DNA of 64,000 nt from Alphaproteobacteria bacterium (GTDB taxonomy: Bacteria; Pseudomonadota; Alphaproteobacteria; Rhizobiales; JAJFHR01). The notes beneath the pieces are model-generated. The model did not search any database and was not told the origin of the DNA. It saw only the letters and a program-made list of their open reading frames with translations. Each line of letters begins with the position of its first letter. Positions within the stretch are counted from its first letter, which is position 1. Where the stretch lies: positions 28,338 through 92,337 of the forward strand of contig JAJRTY010000167.1 in NCBI GenBank assembly GCA_024278055.1, written 5' to 3'. This document shows positions 31,609 through 41,776 of this stretch, one piece after another. The position numbers were made by a program, and so were the translations under genes.

Positions 31609-32550
31609 CTATACCTGATCACGCCTGAGCGGTTGCGCCATGCAATGAACGCCACCACCGCACATGGTGATCATTGACATATCAGGCGCATGGACTTCAA
31701 AGCCCAGGGCTTTCAGCCTCTGGTTCAGATCAACACTTGCCGCTGTTGACAGGATGCGGTCGCCTCCCAATGACATCACATTACATCCCAACGCCATAGT
31801 ATCCTTGAAACTGACCGGGACAATTTCGATGTTCTTTGATTTGAGCCAGCTTAAAACATCATCGGGAACGCTATCCAGACACACAGCGGCACAGTTTTCA
31901 GCCAGCATGCACACCATGATATCGATATGCACATAAAATTCGTCGATTGCAGCGTATTTGACCTCCCAGCCCTCTTTTTCCATCCAGCCACCAATCTGGC
32001 GGGCGGAAACTTCTTCACAGCGCAGACCGGTATAGCCAATCAACACACACCCCGGTGCAATCAGGTTGAAATCCCCTCCTTCAAAATTACCGGCAGATAC
32101 CAGGTCGTAGATCGGAATTTCCTGTGACAGATAAAACCTCAGCGCTGCGGAATATTCACCGCGCCTGCGCGGATTGGCCAATTGGCAGATCACCGCACCA
32201 AAAGGTGTCATAAAGCTCGAATCCCGGGCATAGATTGCATAAGACAGTGCTTCATCAGCCGGTAAAGTATGGACGTTGACGCCCGCACTTTCATAGATTT
32301 CAACCATTTCGCGGTATTGCCGCACCGCATCCTGCTTGTTCCACGTGAGCCCCAAACGTTCACTGTCACGCACAACAGAGCTAAAACGGGCATTATCCAT
32401 CAGACCGAAGGTTTCAATCGGCCCCAGAAGCACATCACGCAACACGCCATATTCTGAATTGATCCCCCAATTCTCGAGTACCGGCGTGCCGCCCTCAAGC
32501 TGACGCGCCCTTAGCGGCAACACTTTTGGAGAAGTATTCTTATTGTTCAT
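31609..32550 (-). CDS. Amidinotransferase/DDAH/arginine deiminase superfamily enzyme
   Basis: YARDSSF, RRGE, FEGGD, HID, GGGVHCMAQPL with catalytic Cys. Confidence 0.9.
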   Translation of the reverse strand: MNNKNTSPKVLPLRARQLEGGTPVLENWGINSEYGVLRDVLLGPIETFGLMDNARFSSVVRDSERLGLTWNKQDAVRQYREMVEIYESAGVNVHTLPADEALSYAIYARDSSFMTPFGAVICQLANPRRRGEYSAALRFYLSQEIPIYDLVSAGNFEGGDFNLIAPGCVLIGYTGLRCEEVSARQIGGWMEKEGWEVKYAAIDEFYVHIDIMVCMLAENCAAVCLDSVPDDVLSWLKSKNIEIVPVSFKDTMALGCNVMSLGGDRILSTAASVDLNQRLKALGFEVHAPDMSMITMCGGGVHCMAQPLRRDQV

Positions 32551-32625
32551 TTTTACCCCCTGCAATTAGTGAATCCCAGAATTAGGATACAGGGTGGCCC
32601 GAACAGAGGGTAAAATGCAATGGTT

Positions 32626-33657
32626 CTATTTTGTAAGGCGCTGTTTCAACAATTTGAGATATTCCTCATCTCTTCCTTGTGGTGCCACCACTGCCAGTGC
32701 CGCTGAGCAGGCCGGTTTGTAATTCGCAGCCATTCCGGTTTTGACGCAATTGCCCACTTGCCAGCCCGGTGGAAGCTCGGCCAGATCAACGTCGCGCCAT
32801 TTTGGATGGCCTTACTGCTTCAGGCGCTCGAGGTTTGTCAAAATAATACTGGAAAAATCCGAAACTGCCTTGCAGCTGTTTCTATGATATGAATTTTTGG
32901 ATGCCTTGTAATCATAGGTCATCAACACCGCCTTCACCGCTACGGTGTTTACGGGTTCAGATTGAAAAGCATAGGTACCACCGGCAATTTCACTCGGTGT
33001 ATACGTCGCCAGAAGTGCCGGTTCTTTAATATTCAGCAGATGGAACCTGGTGCCATCTATATCAGCCTCGGAAAACAGTTTTGTCGGGGCACCCGCCACA
33101 TAAAAAACCGCATCAATTTCGCCGTTCAATAACATCGGTAAAGCTTTCGCTGCCCCGATTGCCAGCCTGTCCACATCCTGGACGCGCAATATATCAAGAA
33201 CGAGGGTGGCAGTCAGAAAAGTTCCGCTGTCGACCTTGCCGATCGCAACTTTCAGACCAGACAAGTCAGAAAGACTGTTGATGCTGCGGTCGCTCAAAAC
33301 CTGCACTTCTTCATTGTACAGCGGATACATGATACGCACACCGAACAAGGATCGCTTCAGCTCCGGGTCATTGCGTGCATAGGTTTGCACATATTCCAGC
33401 ACATCGCTTTGAACAATGCCGAATTGCGTGTTCTTGCGCTTCTTTACCGCTACCAGGTTTTCAAGCGAACCGGCACTTTCATTGACATTGAGTGTCAGGC
33501 CACACTGGCCCGCCAGCGCGGCAATATCGCGGCCTATCTGGATATAGGTACCCTTGGCACCGCCGGTCATAATATTCTTTTCAAATTCCTGCGCCTGTGC
33601 GCCTCCAGCCGACACCACAATAAACAACATGATGGCCAACACTGTCTTGATTGTCAT
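32626..33657 (-). pseudogene. TAXI-family TRAP solute-binding protein with an in-frame TAA at 32812-32814
   Basis: Signal peptide, TGGAKGTY..IG, SAGSLEN, GIVQSD, PLYNEEV, SGT. The frame continues past the TAA with family-like GHPKWRDVDL..LPPGW to TAG 32626. Confidence 0.8.
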
Positions 33658-33693
33658 TGGTATTTCCTCCCAGGTTACATTTGGTCGACAGCC

Positions 33694-35094
33694 TCAGCAT
33701 TGACCTTCAAATTGACGTATCATGTCGCGCATCACTAACGTCGGCACCTGCGGAAAAACCGATGAAAGTGCGGGTACCAGACATTCCCCGCTGATCAGTT
33801 TTGCTTTCAGGCGATTTCGGCTGACGGGCTGCAACCGATACAGACCGGGCATGGCAGCCAGCGCCAGTTCCACTTTCTTGGGGTTGCGGGGTTTGCGCGG
33901 CTTCGAAGAAGTGACCGGTAACGCCACTGTGGCACCGGCACTACCGCTGTCACCTTCTGATATTGCCCCAAGCTCGACCTTTTTAATTTCTCCCGGCGCA
34001 GGGGTTATTCGGGCAATCTGTGTAGGCGGGTTAATAACAGCAGGAGCCTGAAGTGCATTAATTTTTCCCACCAGAGATGTCAGTTCACTTTTAATTTTTG
34101 TTACTTCCTGCAGCAGCTGCGGCTTTTCTTCCAACGTCGCTTCATTATAGGCAAGCTGCTGCGAACTCAGGTAAGCCCGCACTATTTTCAGGTTTTTGTT
34201 GAGGTTTTCAATTTTAATCGTCCGCGCCTGCTCAGCCTGACTGTCTGGCGCATTTTTCGGCTGGGGCTTGGCTTCAGAAACGTCGGCCGGCACGGGTGGG
34301 GGAACAAATCGTGTCACACTTGCAGCCTCGGAACTCTTAACTTCTGCGGGCAGCGAAGAGGCAGCAGTTATTTTTTCCATGACCACAGGATCGGGTTTCA
34401 CACCAATAAAGTTGGTAGCCAGGGCAACCTCGGTGTTTTTGTCACTTTCCCTGGGCAGTTCCTGGGAATTCACCAGCAGCACGACGAACACTCCGGCCGC
34501 GAGCATCGCTGCCGAGCCAAATTTTACCCTTCTTGCCCAAACATCTGAAGCAGATGAGGCTTGCAGGCGGTCGATGTCAACGCGCTGGTTTCGCATCTGG
34601 TCTGCCACCGGTTTTTTTTCGAGGTCTGCAGATGGAGGCTGATCCCGGCCGCTCAGGCTTTTCGCCAACTCCTTGATCAGATCATGATCAACATCAACAT
34701 CTTCCGGTTCCAGTGTAATTTGATCGCGCCTGCCCGCTTTGATAAGATCGAAATACGCTGATTCAATCTTGGGCAGTTTAATTTCCTGAGGATCATCCGC
34801 TGCCGTTGTGGCGTCTGAAACCTTGTCTTCCGAAGCATCACCCCCAATGCCCTCGACCGGCTCAGAGCTCACCTTGAAAAGTTCATGCTCAGGAGTGCCT
34901 CCAAAGGACGGGTTATCGACCTCAAGACTCGATTGGCGATTTTCAAATTGCTGACTAACCCGCCTGGAAAATTCCGGTTTGAGTGTGTCTGGCGTCGATT
35001 TATCGGGCCGCTTTGGTTTCGTCTTTTTTAGGGGAGTGCTGCATTTTCGATTTTTTCGGGAGTATCCATGGTAATCATTTACTGTCTCCGACAT
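33694..35094 (-). CDS. Hypothetical bitopic membrane protein, 466 aa
   Basis: Long open frame; one TM (FGSAAMLAAGVFVVLLV), coiled-coil-like stretch, compact Cys-containing C-terminal region; AAGGA RBS. Confidence 0.75.
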   Translation of the reverse strand: MSETVNDYHGYSRKNRKCSTPLKKTKPKRPDKSTPDTLKPEFSRRVSQQFENRQSSLEVDNPSFGGTPEHELFKVSSEPVEGIGGDASEDKVSDATTAADDPQEIKLPKIESAYFDLIKAGRRDQITLEPEDVDVDHDLIKELAKSLSGRDQPPSADLEKKPVADQMRNQRVDIDRLQASSASDVWARRVKFGSAAMLAAGVFVVLLVNSQELPRESDKNTEVALATNFIGVKPDPVVMEKITAASSLPAEVKSSEAASVTRFVPPPVPADVSEAKPQPKNAPDSQAEQARTIKIENLNKNLKIVRAYLSSQQLAYNEATLEEKPQLLQEVTKIKSELTSLVGKINALQAPAVINPPTQIARITPAPGEIKKVELGAISEGDSGSAGATVALPVTSSKPRKPRNPKKVELALAAMPGLYRLQPVSRNRLKAKLISGECLVPALSSVFPQVPTLVMRDMIRQFEGQC

Positions 35095-35264
35095 GGGGCG
35101 TTCCTTCAGGTTTAATCTAGCCCCCACCAGCACGCTGAAGGGAAAAGCATAAATGTGACCACAATGTGAAAACTACCAAAGTATTCATTCCGCTGTCCGG
35201 CATAATTTATTGATATCGTTACTTTATAAATAACGAATCACTTAGAATTTGAGTGATTTTAACC

Positions 35265-36170
35265 CTACGCGGCAGCTTCAACACTGCTGCGGCCAAGTCC
35301 AAGCAACCGGCAGATTGCATAGACCATATCTGCCTTGTTCATCGTATAGAAATGAAAGGTGTCGACACCTCTGTCCAAAAGATCAATGACCTGTTCTGCG
35401 GCCACGGCCACCGCAATCAGTTGCCGGGTTTCCGGGTCATCATCGAGACCGTCAAAACGTTCAGCCAGCCATGTCGGCACACTTGTACCGCATTTTTCAG
35501 CAAAGCTGCTCATGCGGCCAAAATGCACGATTGGCAGAATGCCCGGTATAATCGGAATATCCAGCCCGCGTGCCTGCACCCGGTCAAGATAGCGAAAGTA
35601 GACATCATTATCAAAAAAGAACTGGGTTATCGCACGGTGCGCGCCAGCATCCACCTTGGCTTGCAGCATATCAATATCAGCATCAATGGTAGCGGATTCA
35701 GGATGTTTTTCCGGGTATGCGGACACAGAAATATCAAAATCCGCAATGCGTGAAATACCGCCCACAAGATCAGCCGCATTAACATAAGTTCCTGGTTCCG
35801 GCGCATAGGCTGTTCCCATACCCCCTTGAGGATCGCCACGCAAAGCGACGATATTGCGCACGCCCATCTGCCAGTAATTGGACACAATTTCATCAACTTC
35901 ACTGCGCGGTGCTCCCACACAGGTTAAATGCGCCGCCGGCTCCAAAGTGGTTTCCTCCAGCAACCTTTTAACAGTGGCGTGCGTGCGTTAACGCGTGGTG
36001 CCGCCGGCACCATAAGTGACCGACACAAAAGTGGGGGAAACTGGTGCAAGCCTTTAAATCGACGACCACAGACCTTTCTCCATTGCATCGGATTTTGGCG
36101 GGAAGAATTCAAATGAAACTTTTGGCAATCGCGAATTTTGACTTCGGCTTGGTCTGTTTTCTGAAAGCAT
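35265..36170 (-). pseudogene. metF: 5,10-methylenetetrahydrofolate reductase with two in-frame TAA codons
   Basis: VSFEFFPPK, FVSVTYGAGG, AAHLTCV, ALRGD, AYPEKHP, ITQFFF, HFYTMN. One frame of 301 codons with TAA at 36054-36056 and 35988-35990. TAATG overlap with the upstream regulator. Confidence 0.9.
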
Positions 36171-37165
36171 TACGCCTGTTCCGCCTTACCGGTTACTTCA
36201 TCAAATTGAGCAGATATCCCCTTGCCCCCCGCCAGCCATAAAGAAACGGTCAGTTGCGTGTCATTTCCGGGCCGGTCTTCCAGGCTTAGATTTTGGGTTT
36301 TCTGAATGTCCAGCCCGGCAGCCTTGATCCAGTCAATCATCTGATCATCGTCAAAGCCCAGACGTCGGTGCGCATAGGTTTCGCGTAAAAATTCCAGTTC
36401 ATGGCGACCAAAATCAGCTATCAGCAATACACCGTCCGGTTTAAGGATGCGCCCGGCCTCAAGAATGGCATTTTGCGGATCATCGAGAAAGTGCAGCACC
36501 TGATGAATAATCACTGCATCGGCGATGTTATTGTCATAGGGCAGGTTAAACAAATCCCCCTGCCTTACATGACAGTGCGCCAGGTCCGGTTTATCAAGAT
36601 TGCTGCGGGCAAACGCCAACATCTCCCGGTTCATATCAATGCCGATACCATTGGTGAAGCTGTCAGAGAATAACTCTAAAATTCGCCCCGTTCCGGTGCC
36701 AAGATCAATAAATGTATCAAAATGGCGACCATCAAGAATGGCCATCATGGCATCTTCAACCTTGCCTTCGGAAATATGCAGTGACCGAATAAGGTCCCAG
36801 TCTGCCGCATTGTTACAGAAATATTCCTGCGCCACTTCGGCTCTGCGCTCACGCACCTGCTCCAGACGCTTGAGGTCGCGTTGCAGTGCGGGATCATCGC
36901 CCGGCAAAAGTTCAACAATCATCCGCACCAATGCTGCCTCACGCCCGGTTTGCGACAGGCGAAACAACACCCAGCTGCCCTCGCGAAATCGATTAAGCAA
37001 TCCCGCCTCACACAACAGTTTCAAATGTCGCGACACCCGCGGCTGGCTTTGCCCGAGTATTTGCGTCAGTTCTTTTACATTGAACTCACCATGAGACAGC
37101 ACAAACAAAAGGCGCAGCCTTGTTCTCTCGCCCGCACCGCGCAATCCATTCAGGAGACGATCCAT
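36170..37165 (-). CDS. sahR: ArsR-HTH + SAM-methyltransferase fusion regulator (SahR)
   Basis: QSQPRVSRHLKLL HTH, DLGTGTG SAM motif, HQVLH, HRRLGF; translationally coupled to metF. Confidence 0.88.
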   Translation of the reverse strand: MDRLLNGLRGAGERTRLRLLFVLSHGEFNVKELTQILGQSQPRVSRHLKLLCEAGLLNRFREGSWVLFRLSQTGREAALVRMIVELLPGDDPALQRDLKRLEQVRERRAEVAQEYFCNNAADWDLIRSLHISEGKVEDAMMAILDGRHFDTFIDLGTGTGRILELFSDSFTNGIGIDMNREMLAFARSNLDKPDLAHCHVRQGDLFNLPYDNNIADAVIIHQVLHFLDDPQNAILEAGRILKPDGVLLIADFGRHELEFLRETYAHRRLGFDDDQMIDWIKAAGLDIQKTQNLSLEDRPGNDTQLTVSLWLAGGKGISAQFDEVTGKAEQA

Positions 37166-37268
37166 ATGACAACATCCAATTTGGGTAAAAACATTCGAAA
37201 TTGATCCTGTGGGCGCCCATTTGCGCCCTGCCAAAAACAGTCCCCGCATGATAACGAAATAGAATCTA

Positions 37269-37288
37269 ATATCAAGATATCTTTATAT
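37269..37288. promoter_or_regulatory. SahR operator
   Basis: 20-bp near-palindrome ATATCAAG-ATAT-CTTTATAT upstream of sahR-metF, matching the SahR motif as I recall it. Confidence 0.75.
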
Positions 37289-37527
37289 CTAAATTTTTTA
37301 TGGTTAAGAAAGAATCAAACCTGCCACTGAAAATCCCTTAATCCGCGATATTTAGGCAACAATCGATACATATTTTTCTAAATGATGGCATGTTAGGAAA
37401 ATCGCCGCACAAACCATGATACTAAAAATCCAGGAAGAAACACGAAGTTGGTTTGGCAACAGTTTGGCGGAAATCCTGCAAAAACGATCACACTGGATTT
37501 ATTTTTTTGCCCCCGGGCTTGAATTGT

Positions 37528-37542
37528 TTAAATAAGTGTTAA
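37528..37542. promoter_or_regulatory. Possible CtrA box
   Basis: TTAA-ATAAGTG-TTAA (TTAA-N7-TTAA) upstream of mlaA; AT-rich context, so chance is possible. Confidence 0.35.
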
Positions 37543-37649
37543 TGTATATATCGGGACAAGATGTGATAGTTATGTTGAATTCGGCCAAAATCGTGCTGGC
37601 AGACTCTGATCTTTTGAGTTAAACATTTAAGCGTAAATGACAGGTAAGA

Positions 37650-38501
37650 ATGAACCGAAAAATGAAAAGAACAATTGATTTTAAATTCTGGAACTTGAGA
37701 AATCCTGGCACTCCCCGGATCGCCGGTTCAGTATGCTCAATTTTCAGCGTTTTCTTTTTGGCGGCAAGCCTTGTCGTATCACCGGCTTCCGCGGCAAGCG
37801 ATTCTGCCCAGTCCGGATATTCCGAAGACGCCAGCACCGGTGATGTCAGTGATCCGTTTGAAGGCCTGAACAGGGTAATGTTCTTTATCGGTGATGGCCT
37901 TGATACCATGTTTTTACGGCCTATTTCAGTGGCCTATACCACATTCATCCCCAAACCCATCCGCACCGGCGTCGACAATTTCATGTCAAACGTGGCTACA
38001 CCGGTAACCTTGAGCAATGATCTGTTTCAGGGCGAATGGGAAAGAGCGGGAACGACCGCCAAGCGTTTTGTCATCAATTCCACCGTCGGCATAGGCGGTC
38101 TGTTGGATGTAGCAGCCAAACAGGGCCTGCCCGGACACACGGAAGATTTCGGTCAAACCCTTGCTGTTCATGGCGTAGGTTCCGGCCCATATCTTTTCAT
38201 ACCTATCCTGGGCCCGGCCACACCTCGCCATCTGGCCGGACGTTTTGTCGATCTGTTTACCGATCCCTGGACATATATCCTATACAGAAAACCGACATTG
38301 GTTCGATTGGCTCCAACCGCTGTAGTTTCAATTTCCGCGCGTGGCGATGCTGATGCCGCGTTGACCAGCATCAAGGAAACATCTCCAGACTATTATTCAT
38401 CGATTAAAAATCTTTATTCCCAAAGCCGGCGCAACGCTATTAATAACGGCCAGATTGACAATAATGACCTTGTCGACATACCCGAGTTTGATTCGCGATA
38501 A
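37650..38501 (+). CDS. mlaA: MlaA/VacJ family protein
   Basis: DPFEGLNR, RFVINSTVGIGGLLDVA, EDFGQTL, GPYLFIPILGP, DYY..IKNLY.Q.R. Confidence 0.92.
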   Translation: MNRKMKRTIDFKFWNLRNPGTPRIAGSVCSIFSVFFLAASLVVSPASAASDSAQSGYSEDASTGDVSDPFEGLNRVMFFIGDGLDTMFLRPISVAYTTFIPKPIRTGVDNFMSNVATPVTLSNDLFQGEWERAGTTAKRFVINSTVGIGGLLDVAAKQGLPGHTEDFGQTLAVHGVGSGPYLFIPILGPATPRHLAGRFVDLFTDPWTYILYRKPTLVRLAPTAVVSISARGDADAALTSIKETSPDYYSSIKNLYSQSRRNAINNGQIDNNDLVDIPEFDSR

Positions 38502-38573
38502 ATCAACCCAAATCGCCGTATTTACGTTTAGAGCGTAACTTCCAACATGTAAGCTAATGGGACTTAAATTTGC

Positions 38574-39224
38574 ATGATGAATTTCAACAAAAATCTGACT
38601 GAAGCAGTACGCTCCAGACGCAGTGTTATTGCCACACTCCTGTTCGCAGCCATCGTTTTGGCGACGGGATTATTAACGCCAAACTCTGCTTTTGCCTCTC
38701 CCCAGGCGGAAGCCATGGTGAAAAAATTCGGCAATCAGGTTATCAAAATCCTCGCCAGCAATGGTCCGGTAAGCCAGCAGGAGAAACAGTTTAAATCTGC
38801 ATTTCTTCGCAATGCTGATATCAGCACAATTGGCAGGTTTACACTGGGTAAATACGCCAGAACAATCAAACCTTCAGAGCGTCGCGAATTCAACCGGTTA
38901 CTTGGCCGTTTCATCGTCAAAGTTTTCATTGGTCGCATGAGGGGAACCAAGAGCACCGGTCTTAAGGTTCTTGGAACAACTGAACGCAAAAAAGGTCGTG
39001 ATTTCCTTGTCAAAAGCCTGGTTAATCTGCCCGACGGAGCACCTATTCGCGTCAATTGGCGCATTTTCAAAAACAAAAGCGGCCGCCTGAGACTTTTCGA
39101 TATCAGTATTGAAGGCTTGTGGCTTGCGCAGGAACAACGTTCGATTTTTGTCAATGTCATCAGCCGCAATGGTGGGAAAATCAGCGCCTTACTCACCCAT
39201 TTAAAACAACAGATTGCCAAATAA
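38574..39224 (+). CDS. mlaC: MlaC/Ttg2D family phospholipid-binding protein, paralog 1
   Basis: IGRFTLGKY, VNWRI, DISIEGLWLAQEQRS.F; follows mlaA. Confidence 0.82.
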   Translation: MMNFNKNLTEAVRSRRSVIATLLFAAIVLATGLLTPNSAFASPQAEAMVKKFGNQVIKILASNGPVSQQEKQFKSAFLRNADISTIGRFTLGKYARTIKPSERREFNRLLGRFIVKVFIGRMRGTKSTGLKVLGTTERKKGRDFLVKSLVNLPDGAPIRVNWRIFKNKSGRLRLFDISIEGLWLAQEQRSIFVNVISRNGGKISALLTHLKQQIAK

Positions 39225-39326
39225 AGCTATCTATTCTAGGCTTGGAATACCAAATATTCCTATGTAGAATCAACTCAGGCAGAGGAAGTATATCTAAACA
39301 TGTTAGCGTAGGGGGATTATGTCTAC

Positions 39327-39989
39327 ATGATGAAATTCAATATTAATACGGCCAAAGCATCGCGTCAGAGACGCAATTTGCTCGCGGCATTTATGATTTT
39401 TGCCGCTACACTTACAACAGGTTTCCTCAACCCGGCCAGTGCTCAAACGGTGCCAGAGGTTAAGTCCATGGTGACGAATTTCGCCAACCAGGTTCTTTAT
39501 ATTCTGGCCAGCGACAAATCGGTAAGCCAGCAGAAGCAACAGTTTGGCAAAATTTTCCTGCACAATGCCGATATGGCGGCAATTTCCAAATTTACACTGG
39601 GGAAATTTGCCCGGAGGATTGAGACTTCACAAGCAAAGCGGCTTCAGAAACTCCTTGGTAATTATATTGTCCAGCTCTTCGTTGTTAAATTGAGAGGAAC
39701 CCAAAGCGAGGGCCTTGAAGTTACCAGCATGACAGAGAACAAAAAGAATATTGATTATCTGGTTAAAAGCGTCATCAAAATCCGCAAGGTACCGGGTTTT
39801 TCAAATTCACCTATACCGGTAAAATGGCGTATCAAGAGAAACGACGAGGGTAACCTCAAACTACATGATATCAATATCGGTGGCTTTTGGCTGGCTCAGG
39901 AGCAGCGTTCGTCCTTTGTCAATCTGATTAGCCGCAACAACGGAAAAGTCAGCTCACTACTGGATTATTTGCAGAAAGAAACTCAGTAA
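39327..39989 (+). CDS. MlaC/Ttg2D family phospholipid-binding protein, paralog 2
   Basis: ISKFTLGKF, VKWRI, DINIGGFWLAQEQRSSF; clearly homologous to paralog 1. Confidence 0.8.
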   Translation: MMKFNINTAKASRQRRNLLAAFMIFAATLTTGFLNPASAQTVPEVKSMVTNFANQVLYILASDKSVSQQKQQFGKIFLHNADMAAISKFTLGKFARRIETSQAKRLQKLLGNYIVQLFVVKLRGTQSEGLEVTSMTENKKNIDYLVKSVIKIRKVPGFSNSPIPVKWRIKRNDEGNLKLHDINIGGFWLAQEQRSSFVNLISRNNGKVSSLLDYLQKETQ

Positions 39990-40008
39990 ACTTCAGACTC
40001 TTCCCGCG

Positions 40009-41691
40009 TCAATCGCGTGAAAAACGTTTATATTTAAGACGGCTCGGGCGCTCGGCCGCAGGCCCCAGACGGCGTTTGCGATCGGCTTCATAGTCCTGAT
40101 AATTGCCTTCAAACCACTCCACATGACTGTCGCCCTCAAACGCCAGCATGTGGGTGGCAATGCGATCGAGAAACCAGCGGTCATGGCTGATGACAATGGC
40201 ACAGCCGGCAAAATTTTCGAGACCATCTTCTAAGGCCCGCAGGGTTTCAACATCAAGATCATTGGTCGGTTCATCAAGCAATAACAGGTTGGCACCTGAT
40301 TTTAACACTTTGGCCAGATGCACGCGATTGCGCTCCCCTCCAGACAGAATACCAACAGGTTTTTGCTGATCGCCACCTTTGAAATTAAACGCCCCTACAT
40401 AGGCCCGACTGGCCATGGTGCGCTTGCCAAGCTGAATGACATCGAGCCCGTCAGATATTTCCTCCCATACGGTTTTCTTGGGGTCCAGCACATCACGTGA
40501 TTGATCAACATAGCCAATTTCAACTGTCTCCCCCACTTTTAACGAACCGCTGTCGGGCGTCTCCAGCACTGTCAGCATACGAAACAGTGTGGTTTTGCCT
40601 GCCCCGTTGGCGCCGATGACACCGATGATCCCCCCCGGCGGCAGGCGAAATGACAGATCTTCGATCAAAAGCTCGTCACCATAGCCCTTGTTGAGATTTT
40701 CAGCCTCAATCACAATGCCGCCAAGGCGCGCACCGGGTGGAATTGTGATTTGCGCCTTACCGTTTTGTTCTTTGGCTGATTGATTTAACAGATCATCATA
40801 GGCGTTAATGCGGGCTTTCGACTTGGCCTGACGTGCCCGCGGGCTGGCTTGTATCCATTCCAGTTCCCGCGACAACGCGCGCTGACGCGCTTCTTCCTGA
40901 GAACCTTCCAGAGCCAGACGTTTATGTTTTTGTTCCAGCCATGAGGAATAATTTCCTTCGTAGGGAATGCCGCGGCCGCGATCAAGCTCCAAAATCCAGC
41001 CGGTGACATTATCGAGGAAATAGCGATCATGAGTGATCAGCACCACGGTGCCATTATACTCACGCAAATATTGCTCCAGCCATGCAACCGATTCAGCATC
41101 GAGATGGTTGGTCGGCTCATCCAGCAACAACAGATTGGGTTGCGCCAGCAACAACCGGCACAATGCCACCCGGCGGCGCTCACCACCTGACAGTTTGGTA
41201 ACATCACTTGTCCCATCTGGACAGCGCAGGGCTTCCATTGCCATTTCAACTTTGGATTCAAGATCCCAGGCATCCGCTGCTTCAATTTTTTCCTGAATAT
41301 CGGCCTGTTCTTCAATTACCGCATTCATTTCATCATCGCTTAAAGGTTCTGCAAACCGGGCGGAAACCTCTTCAAACCGATCCAGCAGCGCTTGTGTCTC
41401 GGCAACGCCTTCCATAACATTGCCCATGACATCTTTAGCCGGATCCAGTTCCGGCTCCTGGGGTAAATGGCCAACTTTTACGCCGTCAGCTGCCCAGGCT
41501 TCTCCCTGAAATTCGGTTTCAACGCCCGCCATGATGCGCAAAAGCGTGGATTTACCGGACCCGTTAAGGCCGATAACGCCGATTTTAACGCCAGGAAAAA
41601 ACGACAGGCGGATATCGCTCAACACCTGCTTGCCACCAGCAAAAGTCTTGGACAGGTCATTCATAACGTAAATATACTGGTAGGCAGCCAT
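40009..41691 (-). CDS. ettA: Energy-dependent translational throttle ABC-F ATPase
   Basis: Two ABC domains ([28 protein letters not shown]; [17 protein letters not shown]) with linker [12 protein letters not shown]. Confidence 0.95.
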   Translation of the reverse strand: MAAYQYIYVMNDLSKTFAGGKQVLSDIRLSFFPGVKIGVIGLNGSGKSTLLRIMAGVETEFQGEAWAADGVKVGHLPQEPELDPAKDVMGNVMEGVAETQALLDRFEEVSARFAEPLSDDEMNAVIEEQADIQEKIEAADAWDLESKVEMAMEALRCPDGTSDVTKLSGGERRRVALCRLLLAQPNLLLLDEPTNHLDAESVAWLEQYLREYNGTVVLITHDRYFLDNVTGWILELDRGRGIPYEGNYSSWLEQKHKRLALEGSQEEARQRALSRELEWIQASPRARQAKSKARINAYDDLLNQSAKEQNGKAQITIPPGARLGGIVIEAENLNKGYGDELLIEDLSFRLPPGGIIGVIGANGAGKTTLFRMLTVLETPDSGSLKVGETVEIGYVDQSRDVLDPKKTVWEEISDGLDVIQLGKRTMASRAYVGAFNFKGGDQQKPVGILSGGERNRVHLAKVLKSGANLLLLDEPTNDLDVETLRALEDGLENFAGCAIVISHDRWFLDRIATHMLAFEGDSHVEWFEGNYQDYEADRKRRLGPAAERPSRLKYKRFSRD

Positions 41692-41776
41692 TCAAACAGA
41701 TCCTCGGATTCGGGGGGAAATTTAATGTGATTCGAAATCTTTTAACCGACCAGGGCACATATCGCAATGACTGACC

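Noticed and set aside
32812-36056. Genome-wide TAA-to-Glu reassignment
   Set aside because: TAA terminates genes with conserved C-termini in this window, for example sspB (LDAFRKK*) and pepP.
37170-37300. SAM riboswitch upstream of sahR-metF
   Set aside because: No SAM-II/SAM-alpha consensus recognised; the SahR palindrome accounts for regulation.
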